In this document: piece by piece, positions 36,401 through 50,421 of the stretch
How the letters are laid out: each line of letters starts with the position of its first letter
Numbering within the stretch: the first letter of the stretch is position 1
Assembly: GCA_964016885.1 (NCBI GenBank)
Contig: OZ024759.1
Coordinates: 4,650,001 to 4,714,000, forward strand
Length of the DNA: 64,000 nt
From: Eledone cirrhosa
Taxonomy: Eukaryota
Direction of reading: 5' to 3'
Position numbers and translations under genes: made by a program
The notes under the pieces: generated by a model
Databases searched by the model: none
Told to the model about the DNA's origin: nothing
The model's input: the letters and a program-made list of their open reading frames with translations, nothing else

Positions 36401-36497
36401 GGTAACTCGCAGATTCATATTCATTTATTTATTCGGGGTTGTTCCATTTATCCTTCGCTCCTCCATACATAACGGTGAACAAGAATTCTTTGGTGCA

Positions 36498-36940
36498 GGG
36501 CTAGAAGGACAGTAGTAGTAATGGCAGAGTTTGTTGGGGCTGGTAAGGGCTAGAAGGACAGTAGTAGTAATGGCAGTGTTTGTTGGGGCTGGTAAGGGCT
36601 AGAAGGACAGTAGTAGTAATGACAGAGTTTGTTGGGGCTGGTAAGGGCTAGAAGGACAGTAGTAGTAATGACAGAGTTTGTTGGGGCTGGTAAGGGCTAG
36701 AAGGACAGTAGTAGTAATGGCAGAGTTTGTTGGGGCTGGTAACGGCTAGAAGCACAGTAGTAGTAATGACAGAGTTTGTTGGGGGCTGGTAACGGCTAGA
36801 AGGACAGTAGTAGTAATGGCAGAGTTTGTTGGGGCTGGTAACGGCTAGAAGGACAGTAGTAGTAATGGCAGAGTTTGTTGGGGCTGGTAACGGCTAGAAG
36901 GACAGTAGTAGTAATGGCAGAGTTTGTGGGGCTGGTAATG
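36498..36940. repeat. 49-bp minisatellite (about 9 copies)
   Basis: Unit GGGCTAGAAGGACAGTAGTAGTAATGGCAGAGTTTGTTGGGGCTGGTAA. Confidence 0.95.
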
Positions 36941-37837
36941 GGTAAGGACATGTTGCTGTGGTTTGATTGGTCAAATAGCCAATGGTAGTGAGTGGGAAAT
37001 TGTGAGATAGGTAGCCATCATGACATATATCATCACAGGAGATTCGGGGGAAATAAGCAGATATAAGTAGGCTTATTAGACAAGGCAAGTATGCAAGAAT
37101 TTCGAAGATTGTCACCTAGCTTTGAGAGAAAGGAGAGGTAATTGCAGGGGTTAGGGATGAGTTTGTAGAGAAAGACACAATGTCCAACATAGTTTATATC
37201 AAAAACAAGGTCGAAGTATATACATTGTGGAAACAAGTCAATGATAATAATAATAATAATGTAAACAGAACATTTTGAAATTGGGGAAGAGAGATAGCTG
37301 TAGAATAGAAATAATCTATGAAAGTCTGGGATATAAGTTATATATATATGTTGTGATGTCACTTGTGCCAAGCTGTATCAGCCATTGCCTTTCCCTTGGA
37401 CAACATATATAGCGTATAATATATATTGTACACATCGTATATATACTATATATATTGTGTATATATACTGTAGACAGTGTATATATGATATATATATAGT
37501 ATATATATATGTAGTGATGTAACTGGTACCAAGCTGTATCAGCCATTACCTTTCCCTTGGACAACATCGGTGGCGTGGAGAGGGTAGACTGGTATACTTG
37601 GGTGACTGCTGGTCTTCCTCAAACAACTGGACTTGTGCCTCAGAAGGGAACTTTCTAGTTGCAAATCACATGGTCATTCTTGACCGACAGAGGTCTTCGA
37701 TATGTTAGGTGTGTATATATAGATGTGTATTGATGTCCATGTGGGAGTCATTGATACCAATGCTAGGGATGGCTGGTCTTCTATATTACTGTATAACACC
37801 AAAGATCTCGATCCTGTGTCATTGTCTTAGAGAAGTG

Positions 37838-39306
37838 CAATTGTGTGAGGTCAGCTGTTATCACCTCATCCCAGGTCTTCCTACTTCATATCTTCCATCA
37901 ATTGTGTGAGGTCAGCTTTTATCACCTCATCCCAGGTCTTCCTACTTCATAGCTTCCATCAATTGTGTCAGGTCAGCTGTTATCAACCCATCCCAGGTCT
38001 TCCTTCTCTATAGCTTCCATCAATTGTGTCAGGTCAGCTTTTATCACCTCATCCCAGGTCTTCCTACTTCATAGCTTCCATCAATTGTGTCAGGTCAGCT
38101 TTTATCACCTCATCCCAGGTCTTCCTACTTCATAGCTTCCATCAATTGTGTCAGGTCAGCTATTATCACCTCATCCCAGGTCTTCCTACTTCATAGCTTC
38201 CATCAATTGTGTCAGGTCAGCTTTTATCACCTCATCCCAGGTCTTCCTACTTCATAGCTTCCATCAATTGTGTCAGGTCAGCTTTTATCACCTCATCCCA
38301 GGTCTTCCTACTTCATAGCTTCCATCAATTGTGTCAGGTCAGCTTTTATCACCTCATCCCACGTCTTCCTACTTCATAGCTTCCATCAATTGTGTCAGGT
38401 CAGCTTTTATCACCTCATCCCAGGTCTTCCTACTTCATAGCTTCCATCAATTGTGTCAGGTCAGCTATTATCACCTCATCCCAGGTCTTCCTACTTCGTA
38501 GCTTCCATCAATTGTGTCAGGTCAGCTTTTATCACCTCATCCCAGGTCTTCCTACTTCATAGCTTCCATCAATTGTGTAAGGTCAGCTTTTATCACCTCA
38601 TCCCAGGTCTTCCTACTTCATAGCTTCCATCAATTGTGTCAGGTCAGCTTTTATCACCTCATCCCAGGTCTTCCTACTCTATAGCTTCCATCAATTGTGT
38701 AAAGTCAGCTTTTATCACCTCATCCCAGGTCTTCCTACTTCATAGCTTCCATCAATTGTGTGAAGTCAGCTTTTATCACCTCAGACTAGGTCTTCGTACT
38801 CTATAGCTTCCATCAATTGTGTCAGGTCAGCTTTTATCACCTCAAACTAGGTCTTCCTACTCCATAGCTTCCATCAATTGTGTGAGGTCAGCTTTTATCA
38901 CCTCAAACCAGGTCTTTTTACTCCATAGGTTCCATCAATTGTGTAAGGTCAGCTTTTATCACCTCATCCCAAGTCTTCCTACTTCATTGCTTCCATCAAT
39001 TGTGTCAGGTCAGCTTTTATCACCTCATCCCAGGTCTTCCTACTTCAAAGCTTCCATCAATTGTGTCAGGTCAGCTATTATCACCTCATCCCAGGTCTTC
39101 CTACTTCATAGCTTCCATCAATTGTGTCAGGTCAGCTATTATCACCTCATCCCAGGTCTTCCTACTTCATAGCTTCCATCAATTGTGTCAGGTCAGCTAT
39201 TATCACCTCATCCCAGGTCTTCCTACTTCATAGCTTCCATCAATTGTGTCAGGTCAGCTATTATCACCTCATCCCAGGTCTTCCTACTTCATAGCTTCCA
39301 TCAATT
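37838..39306. repeat. 61-bp minisatellite (about 24 copies) derived from an RTE 3' coding segment
   Basis: Unit CAATTGTGTCAGGTCAGCTTTTATCACCTCATCCCAGGTCTTCCTACTTCATAGCTTCCAT, contiguous with RTE 3' sequence at 37760-37838. Confidence 0.93.
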
Positions 39307-41121
39307 TTATAAAATGCTTGAAAACAACTTAGAAAAAATGTTACTCAAAATCAAAATTTAATCCCAAAGAGAGGAAATTGGAACATTATCCACTGAAAGT
39401 TGCTTAACCCTTTAGTGTCCAAACCAGCCAAAACTGGCCAGAATTCTCTACCTCTTTCTGTTGAAACTGGCTGTAACTGGTCGCTCAGACTGATGTTAAG
39501 GTATTGTTCTCAAAATAAATACTTTCAAAATCTGATAGATTCAATATTATGTGAGATAAAGCCTTTACCATGAAAATATAATAGTATATATAAAATAATG
39601 TGAATGCTAAAGGGTTAACCCTTTAACATTTAAACCGGCAATAACTGGCCAGAGTTCTGTCCTCTTTTTCTTTTTAAACCACTCGTAACTGGCCACTCAT
39701 ACTGATGTTAAAGTATTGTTCTCAATATAAATAATATCAGATTCGATATTATGTGAGGTAAAGACTTTACCATGGAAATATAATAGTATATATAGAGTAA
39801 TGTAAATGTTATGTGAGATAAAGACATTACCATGGAAATATAATAGTATATATAGAATAATGTAAATGTTAAAGGCTTAAACGCTGAAGAAAGGACTTTT
39901 AGGTCCCGAAATATTGGACAGATAAAAGAACAACAACAAAAAAACAAAACAAAGATTACCAGGTAACTTTTACTTTTCCTTACCTCATCTTATTGTCCAT
40001 TTTGCATTGTTTAGCCTTCTATCTCTTTCAACGTTATATTTTATATAGAATGCTTCAAACAAACTACAACATTTAATTATATATCATCATCATCATCTTC
40101 AATTAACGTCCATCTTCCACACTAGCATGTGTTAGACGGGTCCCATTTAGAGGCAAGTGTGGGCTGGATGCTTTTTTGCTGTCTTCTACACGTTCAGTGT
40201 GGGTGAGATATATATATATGTGTATGTATATATCATCACCATTTAGCGTCCATTTTTCCATTCTTGCATGGGTTAGACGGATCATTCACACCAGGAGGCA
40301 AGTCTGGCCAGGGTTGGCCATGTGTCGCACCTTGCTCAGGTGAGGTCTGTAAATTTGGTGGGGTATTTTACAGCTGGATTCCCTTCCTAACATCAACCAT
40401 GTTTACAGTGTGGAACTGGATGGCTCTGTTATGAGGAGGGACAGGCCAGTTGGCTGCACTGAACTCATCTCACAGTGGAACTATAATTTTGGGGGGCCTG
40501 GTACTGGGTGGCACCATTGAGGAGGGGGTAGCCAGTCAGCTGCTCCAAACTCATCTCACGAGGTTACCACAGTTTTGGGGCCCTGTACTAGGGGCTATAG
40601 TGATGGTGTAGCTAGTTTATATGAATAAGTAAATCTGACGCAGGTATATTTCTACAGTTTACCAATGTACCGTACTTACTGGCGCCAATGACGACCAATT
40701 TTTGAAAAAAAATAATAATCAACCTTCGGCCTCCAGGACATATGGTAGATATTTTGGACTTATATTAGGGAAAAAGTAATGTCTTTGATGCTAGGAAATA
40801 TGGTGAAAATTTAAAATTTCCACTGTTAAATCTATCCCTGCATTTTAAGTATTCTCTATTATCTCATACTGTTACTTTCTTATAAGTCCTATAAGAATGC
40901 AATTTTTGCTAAACTGCCATAGAGCAGACCTCTGAAGTGATAGAAGGATATAATTTATAGAGCATGCTGGAATACCACTGCTTACATTGGAGAGAATTTC
41001 TCTGGACAGAATGTTGATATCTACAGTTTACCAATATAGAAATATAACATTTCCACTGTTAAATCTATCTCTGCTTCTAAAGTATTCTCTATTATCTCAT
41101 ACTGTTTCTTTCTTATTTCAG

Positions 41122-42190
41122 AATATCAGATGACATTGGGATAAATTATTATTTTCAATCTTGGATACATCATCTCTATTTATCATCATTTGAAGACTAA
41201 AACCTTCTAAACAGAACTTATATAACACTGTTTATATAAATCTATAGTTCAATTACTGTGAAATATTTCCTCAAAACTGAGTTTATTTTCTTCACTATAA
41301 GATGGTTTTGTATTTTAACTAAACTTGGATGAAACAGAAGTTTGTATTATCTTCAGATATTAACTGAAATCACAGTTGAGGGAAATATAGAAGAATATTT
41401 TATAAGAAATATAATATAAAAAATATTACAAGAAAAACATCTGTATATTCTGTTGAAGAAGAAATCATTATGCCAAATAAATTGACAAAGAAGATTAAAT
41501 GTGTAACACAATCTAAAGTGTTTAGTATTGCTGGTGAGATGACAAAGGTTAGAGAAGAGAAGCCATATCACTGTGATATCTGTGATAAATCATTCTCTCA
41601 AAGTGGTACCTTAACTACTCACAAACGTATACATACAGGAGACAAGCCATATCACTGTGATATCTGTGGTATATCATTCTCTGGGAAAAGTAGCCTAACT
41701 ACTCACAAATGTATACATGCAGAAGAGAAATCATAATGCATTGACATCAGTGATAAATCCTTCTCTCAAATTTGTGAATTAATGAGAATACAAATACATA
41801 TCATTGTAACATCTTAGGGAAATCCTTCTCTTTGAATGTTACATTAACTATACACACACATATACATACAGCTGGGAAGCCATATCACTTTGATATATTT
41901 GGTACATCATTCTCTAAATGTTGTGGCTTCACTAGACACCAACATCTACAGGAGAGGAACCATATCACTGTGATGTCTGTGATAAATCCTTCTCTAAATG
42001 TTGTGGTTTCACTAGACACCAACATATACATACAGGAGAGGAACCATATCACTGTGATGTCTGTGATAAATCCTTCTCTAAATGTTGTGGTTTAATTAGA
42101 CACTAACATATACAGGAGAGGAACTATATCACTGTGATGTCTGTGGTACATCTTTCTCTTATAAAGATTACTTAATGCAACACAATTAGA
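41122..42190 (+). pseudogene. C2H2 zinc-finger gene terminal exon, pseudogenised (about 7 fingers)
   Basis: Acceptor ttcttatttcag at 41121. [38 protein letters not shown] is followed by fingers with stops and frameshifts. Confidence 0.85.
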
Positions 42191-42259
42191 TAAAAACCAT
42201 GTCACTCACCTAAAATAGTGCCATCAATGTTGTTAATATTTTGAATAAACCTGTTTTAC

Positions 42260-43400
42260 TAAGAAATTCTCCTTTCATTTTATGTCTGTATAAACACAGT
42301 CTTCTCTCTTACACACCACTTCAGCTCACTCTTAAACCCAGCTTCTTCTTCAACTTGTCCAAGCTCTCCCTTTCTCTCACACTTACACAACATATCCTAC
42401 AAAGCATGGTTGTTTCATATCTCTCCAGTCTACATAACCTCTGCAGTCACAGCCCTTATTTCGTTACCATGCATCATTGCATATCACCCACATGTGTCAT
42501 ACAGTTGTCCTTTTGTACAGAGAGAGAGAAACTTTTTGTGGTCAACTGTTGCAGTAGCTCTCTAAACTTTTTCCATCCTATCCTTATTCTAGCTATACAA
42601 CTTTCAGAGCAGCCCCCTCCACTTCTAATTAACTCACCTAGATTGCAAAATATATTTGTCAGCATACTTTATGAAGGGTCTGTTTGGAAGTGCCTCGCCT
42701 AATAAACAATGGTGCCATAACTGGACTCAGAAACCAATGGTCACACATACATGGTAAGTTAGCTAAGAACGTAGGTTTTACATTGGTTCACTGCGCTGGA
42801 GAAGTAAGCAGCAATCACGTTTAGGAGACAAGCTCTATCAAATATTTAAAGGGTTCCATAGAAGCAGTTGACAGTTTCTGTTACCTGGGGTATCAAATAA
42901 GCAGTGGAGGTAGGTGTTCTGAAAGTACAGTAACAAGAGTAAGAACAAGATGGCAGAGGTTTAGGGTGTTACTACTGCTGCTAGCTACAAAAGGTTGTTT
43001 CACCAAATTGATGTGTGCATATAAACAGCAATGCTGCATTGCAGTGAGGACCCCAGAAGATTGGATAGAAATGAAGCTTGAATTCTCCGATGGATGTGTA
43101 ATATTAATATACATGAAGGGGAAAGTGTTAATAACCTGAGAGAGAACCTGGGCATGAGAGGGAAAAGATACAGTATGCAGGAGAGGAGATTGCTGTGGTA
43201 TGGACATGTGATGTGTATGAAGGTAGAGATGCTGTATAAAAGGTTGACCACTTGAAATTGATGGAAGAGGAAGACCTAGGAATGCTTGGGATGTGGAGGT
43301 AAAAACTGACCTGACACCATTGTACCTCTCAAAGGTGATGACACAGGATTGAAATCTCTGGCGTTATACAGTACTGCAGGAGACCTGCATTCCCATGTGC
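42260..43400. mobile_element. Two old RTE 3' fragments in opposite orientation
   Basis: SGGGCSESCIARIRIGWKKFRELL on the minus strand, with homologous plus-strand remnants at 42850-43400. Confidence 0.75.
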
Positions 43401-44764
43401 ACGGGTTGACACAACATTTAGTGGTTTGAAGTATGCTCCAATTTTCCTCCCCTTCACATCTTAACACTCCACCCCCTTACCAGCTAAGTACACCACCCTG
43501 ACCTACCTCTCCAATCCCCACTCTACATACACACAACCCCACCCCCACTTTCACATCTGATACACCTCTCTTGACCAACCCATGTATACAAGTAAGGAAA
43601 GCTTAACATTATCTCCTCCAATGCTGCTGAAATGGCTAAAAGCCCTCAGGCAACCCTGTAAGGTGGTCATGCAAGTGTCATGACAAAAGAGCACCAAGTC
43701 CTCTCTGTTAGGTAACATGACAAAAGAACACCTAACCCTCCCTGCAAGGTAGTCATGCTGATGACATGACAAATAAGCACCCAGTCCACCCTGTGAGGTA
43801 GACATGACAGAAGGCCCCTAGCCCACTCTGTAAAGTAGTCATGCTAGTGGCAAGACTGAAGGGACCCGAAGCACCCTTCAAAGTGATCAAATTGGTGACA
43901 TGACTTGACACCATTTTTTAGTTTACTTCTAAAATATCTCATTTTTATTTTACTTCTAAAATATCTCATATATTTAAAAATTACTTATTTTAAAAAATTA
44001 TTATTTATTTCTTAAAAAAATTACTTTTTAAAGATTATTTAAAATTTTTTTATATTTTTTAATATTTTTTAAATATTTTTAAACATTTTAAATAGTTTAA
44101 GTACTTTTTAAGTATTTTATTTTGTTAAAAGGGTTTTTTGAGTATCTTCTGAGATTAAAAAAAAATTTTTTTTTATTTTTCCAGAAATGTTTTCCAGAAC
44201 TTTTAATATTTTAATATTTTAAATATTTTTTAATTATTTAATATTAGAGTTATAACCAATAACTAATTCTGGCTATATATATCTTTCAACATTTATATCT
44301 TCGTCAAAATGGTCTCTTACTAACTAATAAATAAACAAAGCTGGGTTTTTCAGTATCTTCCTAATTTAAAACATTAAAAACATATAAATAATCTTATTAA
44401 CTCAGTTAATTTAATTACTTACACTAAATATAAACCAGTATCCCTCATAACTTATTAAAACAATTATCTATAACATGATATAGCCATTTATCCACTCATA
44501 TATCTATTCTTCTATCTATTGATTCTCCTATTTTCTACTTTATATCTATTTATTTTCAATTTATTATTCAATGTCTTTATATATATTTATTTTTTCTATA
44601 TATCTATTTTTCTATATACTTATAATAGTAAATATTATATTGTATTATATTAGAATTCTAACAATAATTAGTAAATATACGTAACATTAATATAAACGTA
44701 ATACTTATTTACGTTACATGAGTTCATCCTCTATAAATGTCTTTCTTCTCTCTATCTCTCTATC

Positions 44765-45672
44765 TATCGGCGATCAGTGGAGACTCCACTTCGTCATTCT
44801 ATAGAGGGTTGGTCCGCAGCAAGTGCGACGACGCGCTCGGTGAAACTCTAGGCGTGGAGGAAGATGAACTGGCCAGTCTGTTCGGTAGGACCTTCCGCCC
44901 GGGACCGATGGACAACTTCCAAAAGTCCCTGGCCTGGCAGTGCTACCGAGGAGCTCTACCAGTTCGAGACAAGCTCTACAGACATGGGCGCCCGGGCAGG
45001 GACCCTGCAAAAAAGATCTGTCCGAGGTGCGTGCGAGACGAAGAAACCGTCGCGCACGCATTCATACACTGCCCGGGCGTCACTGACCTGTGGGGCTATG
45101 TAGAACGACTATTGTCGCGGGTGGGACCAATCCAGTTGACCACCGAGTCCATTGTCATGATCAAACCGCCACCCTCCTTCAAAAACGAAGGAGAGGCGGT
45201 TTTCCTTTGTGTGATAGCTATGGCGAAAGAGGTTGTATGGTGGACAAGGTTGAAAGGGCTGAGGTCAGACACCTTTCTCTCCGGCCAACAACTGATTCTT
45301 TTTTTCAAATACCACTTTGGAAGAAGAATCAGGATGGAGAGAGAGGTGCTGTACCCCAGCAAGTTTTATGAAAGGTGGGTGAAAGTGGCGAGAATGGCCC
45401 GAGTGAATGGGCCTTCTCTCTATATCAGCCTGTAGGTTGAGGAAAAGGAGGAGGAGAGGAAAGGAGTACAAGCTCTTCGTACTCCTGGAGATGAGGGTTG
45501 CACATTTTTTTCGGGGGTCTGTGTTACCCATATAAACTGTCTCCCTCTATTGGGGAAAATCGACTAACTTTTAAATTCCATCTGTGATAACATTTTACAC
45601 GTTTTTATTGTATGTAAACTTCCCCCTTTGTATTTGTCCCCTTCTTTTGTGCCCCTGTGGCTAATAAAGAAA
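44765..45672 (+). mobile_element. 5'-truncated copy of the L1/Tx1-like family
   Basis: ORF 44737..45435 is nearly identical to the C-terminus of ORF2 (14077..17514) and has the same 3' end GTGGCTAATAAAGAAA. Confidence 0.93.
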
Positions 45673-45869
45673 TATATCTCATAACAGTAATTTTTTTCTC
45701 TCTCTTTCTTCTCTTTCTTCCCTATCTTTCCCCAGCGTAATTTAAATAAACGGTTGTTTTTTCAATTTTTCATACATTCATTTGCATATTCACACATAAC
45801 TTTGAATTACCCCTAATAAGTTTCCCCTATCCAGCGAATTTCCGACCGTTATTTATAAAACAAATTTTG

Positions 45870-45934
45870 TATTTTATCTGATGAAAGAGCACCAAGATTG
45901 ACTTGGTCGCCCTTGAAATATATATAATAAAATA
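45870..45934 (+). ncRNA. Minimal type I hammerhead-like motif
   Basis: TATTTTAT-CTGATGA-AAGaGCACCAAG-attga-CTTGGTcGCcCTT-GAAA-TATATA-TA-ATAAAATA, with an 8-bp stem I. Confidence 0.75.
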
Positions 45935-47033
45935 AATATGCAAAAGTTCTATTTAAATTGTTGGGATACAACAAGCAAATATGTTTATAACTGATATAAA
46001 GCACTCAACAAGTATTTGGAATAAACATACGATATTAACAATCCTTTTGTATTTTATGTACTCAATTATACGATGTACTATATTGATTTATACTTCTCTC
46101 TATATGTGAGTATATATGTATATGTGTATATTGACATACATGTACATGTGTTCTATGCATTTTTATGAATATATGTCTGTCTGTATGTATGCATGCGTGA
46201 CGCGAATCTACCAATTGGCCGAGGATGCACACACATGTATATATATGTATATGTAAGAATTGTGTGTGTACATGTACATGTATACCCATACAATTTGATT
46301 GCAGATAGACATAACTAACAGCCATAAATGCATAACAGCTAATCTTATATATTTATATATATATATTAAAAAAAATTTGTTATAAAAAATATTTTATTTA
46401 ATAACACAAAGGATGGATAACATTAAATTAAAAATTCATTTATGCTTTGTATGTATATATTATATACGTGGTTAGATATGGTGTGTATTTTGTGAGTGTG
46501 TGTATATATATATATTTATGTGTATTTTTGCGTGTGTGTACGTGTTATATGATATGTAGTTCTCTAGCAATATATAGATTTCTTAATGTTTAGATTCCAA
46601 TTTTTAATATATTGATCTCAATTTTTAAACTAAATATCTAATCATAGTTAAACAATGATTAATTTCTCATATTATGTATGTATATTCCATTCATGATTAT
46701 TAATATTTCTAATTTTATTTATTCATTTCATCTCAATTGTTAAGTTAACTTAATATGACATGACTTAATGTGTTCATTCTTTCCCCCTCTCTCTATCTCT
46801 ATATTTTTGTCTCTGTCTGGTGTTTTGATATATCTCTCTCGTTTTTCTCTCCTTTTTCTTTCTTTCTTTCTCCCTTTTCTCTCTCTCCGTCTTTTTCCTT
46901 ATCTGTAACACTACGACTTATTTTAAAAATACTAATATAAGTAAACAACTCCACTATCCCTGAGTCTTCCAAAAGTAACGGTTGCATTTTGTAAGGGTAT
47001 GTCAATATTTATTTATAAAACTGTTATATATTG

Positions 47034-47098
47034 TATTTTGTCTGATGAAAGCATACCATAATTTAACATGGTATCCTCGAAATATGTATAATAAAATA
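47034..47098 (+). ncRNA. Minimal type I hammerhead-like motif, related to the 45870 copy
   Basis: TATTTTGT-CTGATGA-aagcATACCAT...ATGGTATcctc-GAAA-TATGTA-TA-ATAAAATA. Confidence 0.7.
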
Positions 47099-47550
47099 GA
47101 TATGGTTTTATAAATATAGTTTCCATTTGTTAATATCGTATAATAAAATAAATATAGTTTTATAAATCATCATCACCGTTTTACGTCCGTTCTTCCATGC
47201 TAGCATGGGTTAGACGGGTTGTCCTGTTGTGGGCAGTGTCTGGTCGGCTGACCATGCCTTGCTCATACAGGAACTGATTTTGGCTTTTCTACAGCCGGAT
47301 GCCCTTCCTAACACCAACCTCATTTACAGTGAGTGTTGCGTGCTTTTTTCCGTGGCGCCCACACGTCCACTTTACAGTGTGGGCTGGGTGCTTTTTCTGT
47401 GTGGCACCTCCACGACCACTTTGCAGTGGGAGGGTGTGGGGGCATATTGTCTATATGCTTCATCTTGAACCCATGGAAGGTCGGGTACTCTGTATTACTG
47501 CGTGACGCCAGAGGTCACGGTCGTGTGTCATCATCGCCTTTGAGAGGTGT

Positions 47551-47597
<47 letters not shown>

Positions 47598-48711
47598 AAT
47601 AAATTATCGAGAATCGGAATCTCGGCCCACGAAATAACGAAACACAATCTTCGAAAAGTGTAGCAAAGTGCTCAATAATTTGGATAAACCAGAGCTATAA
47701 CTAATATTTAAATACCAACACACTGAGATAATGCTTAAAATCATTCGCACAGCCGAAAAAACGACCAAGAAAATTCGGGTCAGACAAATAATAAATATAT
47801 ATATATATATTTTTTCTTTTAACATATATGTGTTTATAAAATACATACAGGAACTCCCCAAAAATGTATACACACTTCAACTACAGTCTATGTAAGTGTG
47901 TATATATTTTTGGGGGACACTGTAATATACATATCATTAAACGTATCTCCTACATGTGTATAAATAAATATACATGTATTTTATTAACAATTTTCTGTAG
48001 AATCTGTTAAACATGGAAGAAAATGTGGAGACTAAATAAAATTAACGTGTTGGTCACATTAACTTAATAATATAACTATATATTAATGAAATATGTCGAA
48101 ATAAAAGTTGTAATTGTGACAAAAATATTGATTCGGTAGTTTATTATGACCAAGATTGAATATTTAATGGAATTAAGTGGAATTTATTAGGAAATAAGAC
48201 AATAAAACAGTGAAATGTTGAGGTTAAAAGAGAGAAAAACAAAATGTCCTCTCTTTATAAACTTTAATGTGGTTGAATTAGTAGCGGCTCGGCCTACTAA
48301 ACTCAGCTCTCTCAAGGGTTCGAATCTCACGTAGTTTACTATAGTGTCTACAGAGTTATCTCCTACTGCTTTTATATAGTATCACTGTTTATTGTAAAGA
48401 GGGCGCTACAATCATTTACTAGTGTGACCAATGGTTTGCAGTCTGGCTTACTAACGCCAGGACTAAAGTGTTACATGGTTCCAACCGGGCTGGTTCCTTA
48501 ATTTTTAAAAAGAGTTATCACCCATAGTCTTTCAGAGATTCCTCGAAAGGTGGCGTGGCGATCTGCTTTCATGAGGAGTAGTAAGAGACAATAATATATG
48601 TAAGGAGGAGGAGTGAGAGAGACAAAAACAAAACTGTGTTAATTCTCTCTCCCCCTCGCTTCTTTTACTCTATCTACCTGTTATGTCTTCATTTCACTGT
48701 TTTATTGTCTT

Positions 48712-48745
48712 ACTAGCAGTGTATCCCGGCGTTGCACGGGTAAGA
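48712..48745 (-). mobile_element. Helitron-type 3' terminus (non-autonomous fragment)
   Basis: Minus strand CCCGTGCAACGCCGGG hairpin followed by ...CTAG|T. Confidence 0.6.
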
Positions 48746-49039
48746 ACATTGGTAATAGCACCTCCAATGAGAAACCTTTATTTGTGAGTGCCTGTTAAAA
48801 ACTCACAAACTGGACATGCTCACCGACATCCAGAGTTGACACTGCACTCAGTGCTCCTGTGGGAGACTCTGCATGGACACACTGGAAGAGGAAGACTGAG
48901 GTGAACATATGTTGATGCCCTCAGGACAGACACTGGTCTGTTGGAGGTGCAGGACATGGCAGTGATAATGAGGGACAGAGACCCCTGGAGAGACCTCGTC
49001 TATGGTTCTTGGGAATTTTACCCGTCCTAGGTAGATAGA

Positions 49040-49290
<251 letters not shown>

Positions 49291-49339
49291 ATCTATACAA
49301 ATATATAAAAGTGAAATTGTGTGTGTGTGTGTGTCCTGA

Positions 49340-49535
49340 TTTTTGCACCGCCAAGGAAGCACCAGAGATGTCGCAGCCTCAGGGCGTGTTTGTGCATCAT
49401 CAGCCGCAGCATGCCAAGCCCTCCACGCAACGGGTGTTGACAGCAGATGAATAGTCTGACCATGGGAGCATGTCCCTTCCATAGAAAGCGGAAGAGGAGG
49501 TGCTCCATTTTTGTCAGAGTTGGGCCGGGGCAATA
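49340..49535 (-). mobile_element. Diverged L1/Tx1 ORF2 fragment
   Basis: [49 protein letters not shown] resembles the corresponding ORF2 segment. Confidence 0.8.
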
Positions 49536-49784
49536 TTTCCTAATTCCACTTAATTCCATTAAATATTCAATCTTGGTCGAAATAAATATTTTCATCTGTG
49601 ACGATCTGTACAACCAATAATAGTAGGAGTCACGTTACATGATATGTATATATATATACAGGATGTCCCTAAAATATGTATACACCTTTACATAGACTGT
49701 AGTTGAAGTGTGTATACATTTTGGGGAGACCCTGTATATATTTTATTTATATATATATATGTTAAAAGATGATTGATATATATA

Positions 49785-50334
49785 TCTACACTCAAATAAA
49801 TTAATAAAATAATGAATAAACAAAGAAACAGTTCTTTATATTAAAAAAATTCATCATTTTACGATCGTTTCTAGGATATATATGTGTTAGAGTTGGTATG
49901 CATATTCTATAGATCTATGTACAATATTTATAAAAACTATCAGAGGGAATATACATACCTACACATATATATGCTGTCTTCAGAAATAATATTATTTCTG
50001 AAGACATCATATATATGTGTAGGTATGTATATTCCCTCTGATAGTTTGTATAAATATTGTACATAGATCTATAGAATATGCATATCACCTCTAACACATA
50101 TATATCCTAGAAACGATCGTAAAATGATGAATTTTTTTAATATAAGGAACTGTTTCTTTGTTTATTCATTATTTTATTAATTTATCTTGACTCTGTTTTC
50201 CGTTTATTTTTCACCGAAAGTAGTTGTTGAATGCATCTTCTCTTTTCATGATATCTGGATTACATTGAGTTCTTCATACGGATTGGACACTACCGTAAAC
50301 TTTTGGTAGATTTATCTACATTCTACACTCAAAT
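49785..50334. mobile_element. Putative Penelope/retrozyme-like element: 390-bp spacerless palindrome with two head-to-head hammerhead motifs and a 13-bp TSD-like repeat
   Basis: Palindrome 49796-50185 is centred at 49990/49991. Each arm reads ATTATTT-CTGAAGA-(105 nt)-GAAAC-GATC-GTA-AAATGAT. TCTACACTCAAAT occurs at 49785-49797 and 50322-50334. Confidence 0.75.
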
Positions 50335-50387
50335 GTATATTTATATATTTATATATATATAAATATATATAAATATATTTATATATT

Positions 50388-50421
<34 letters not shown>

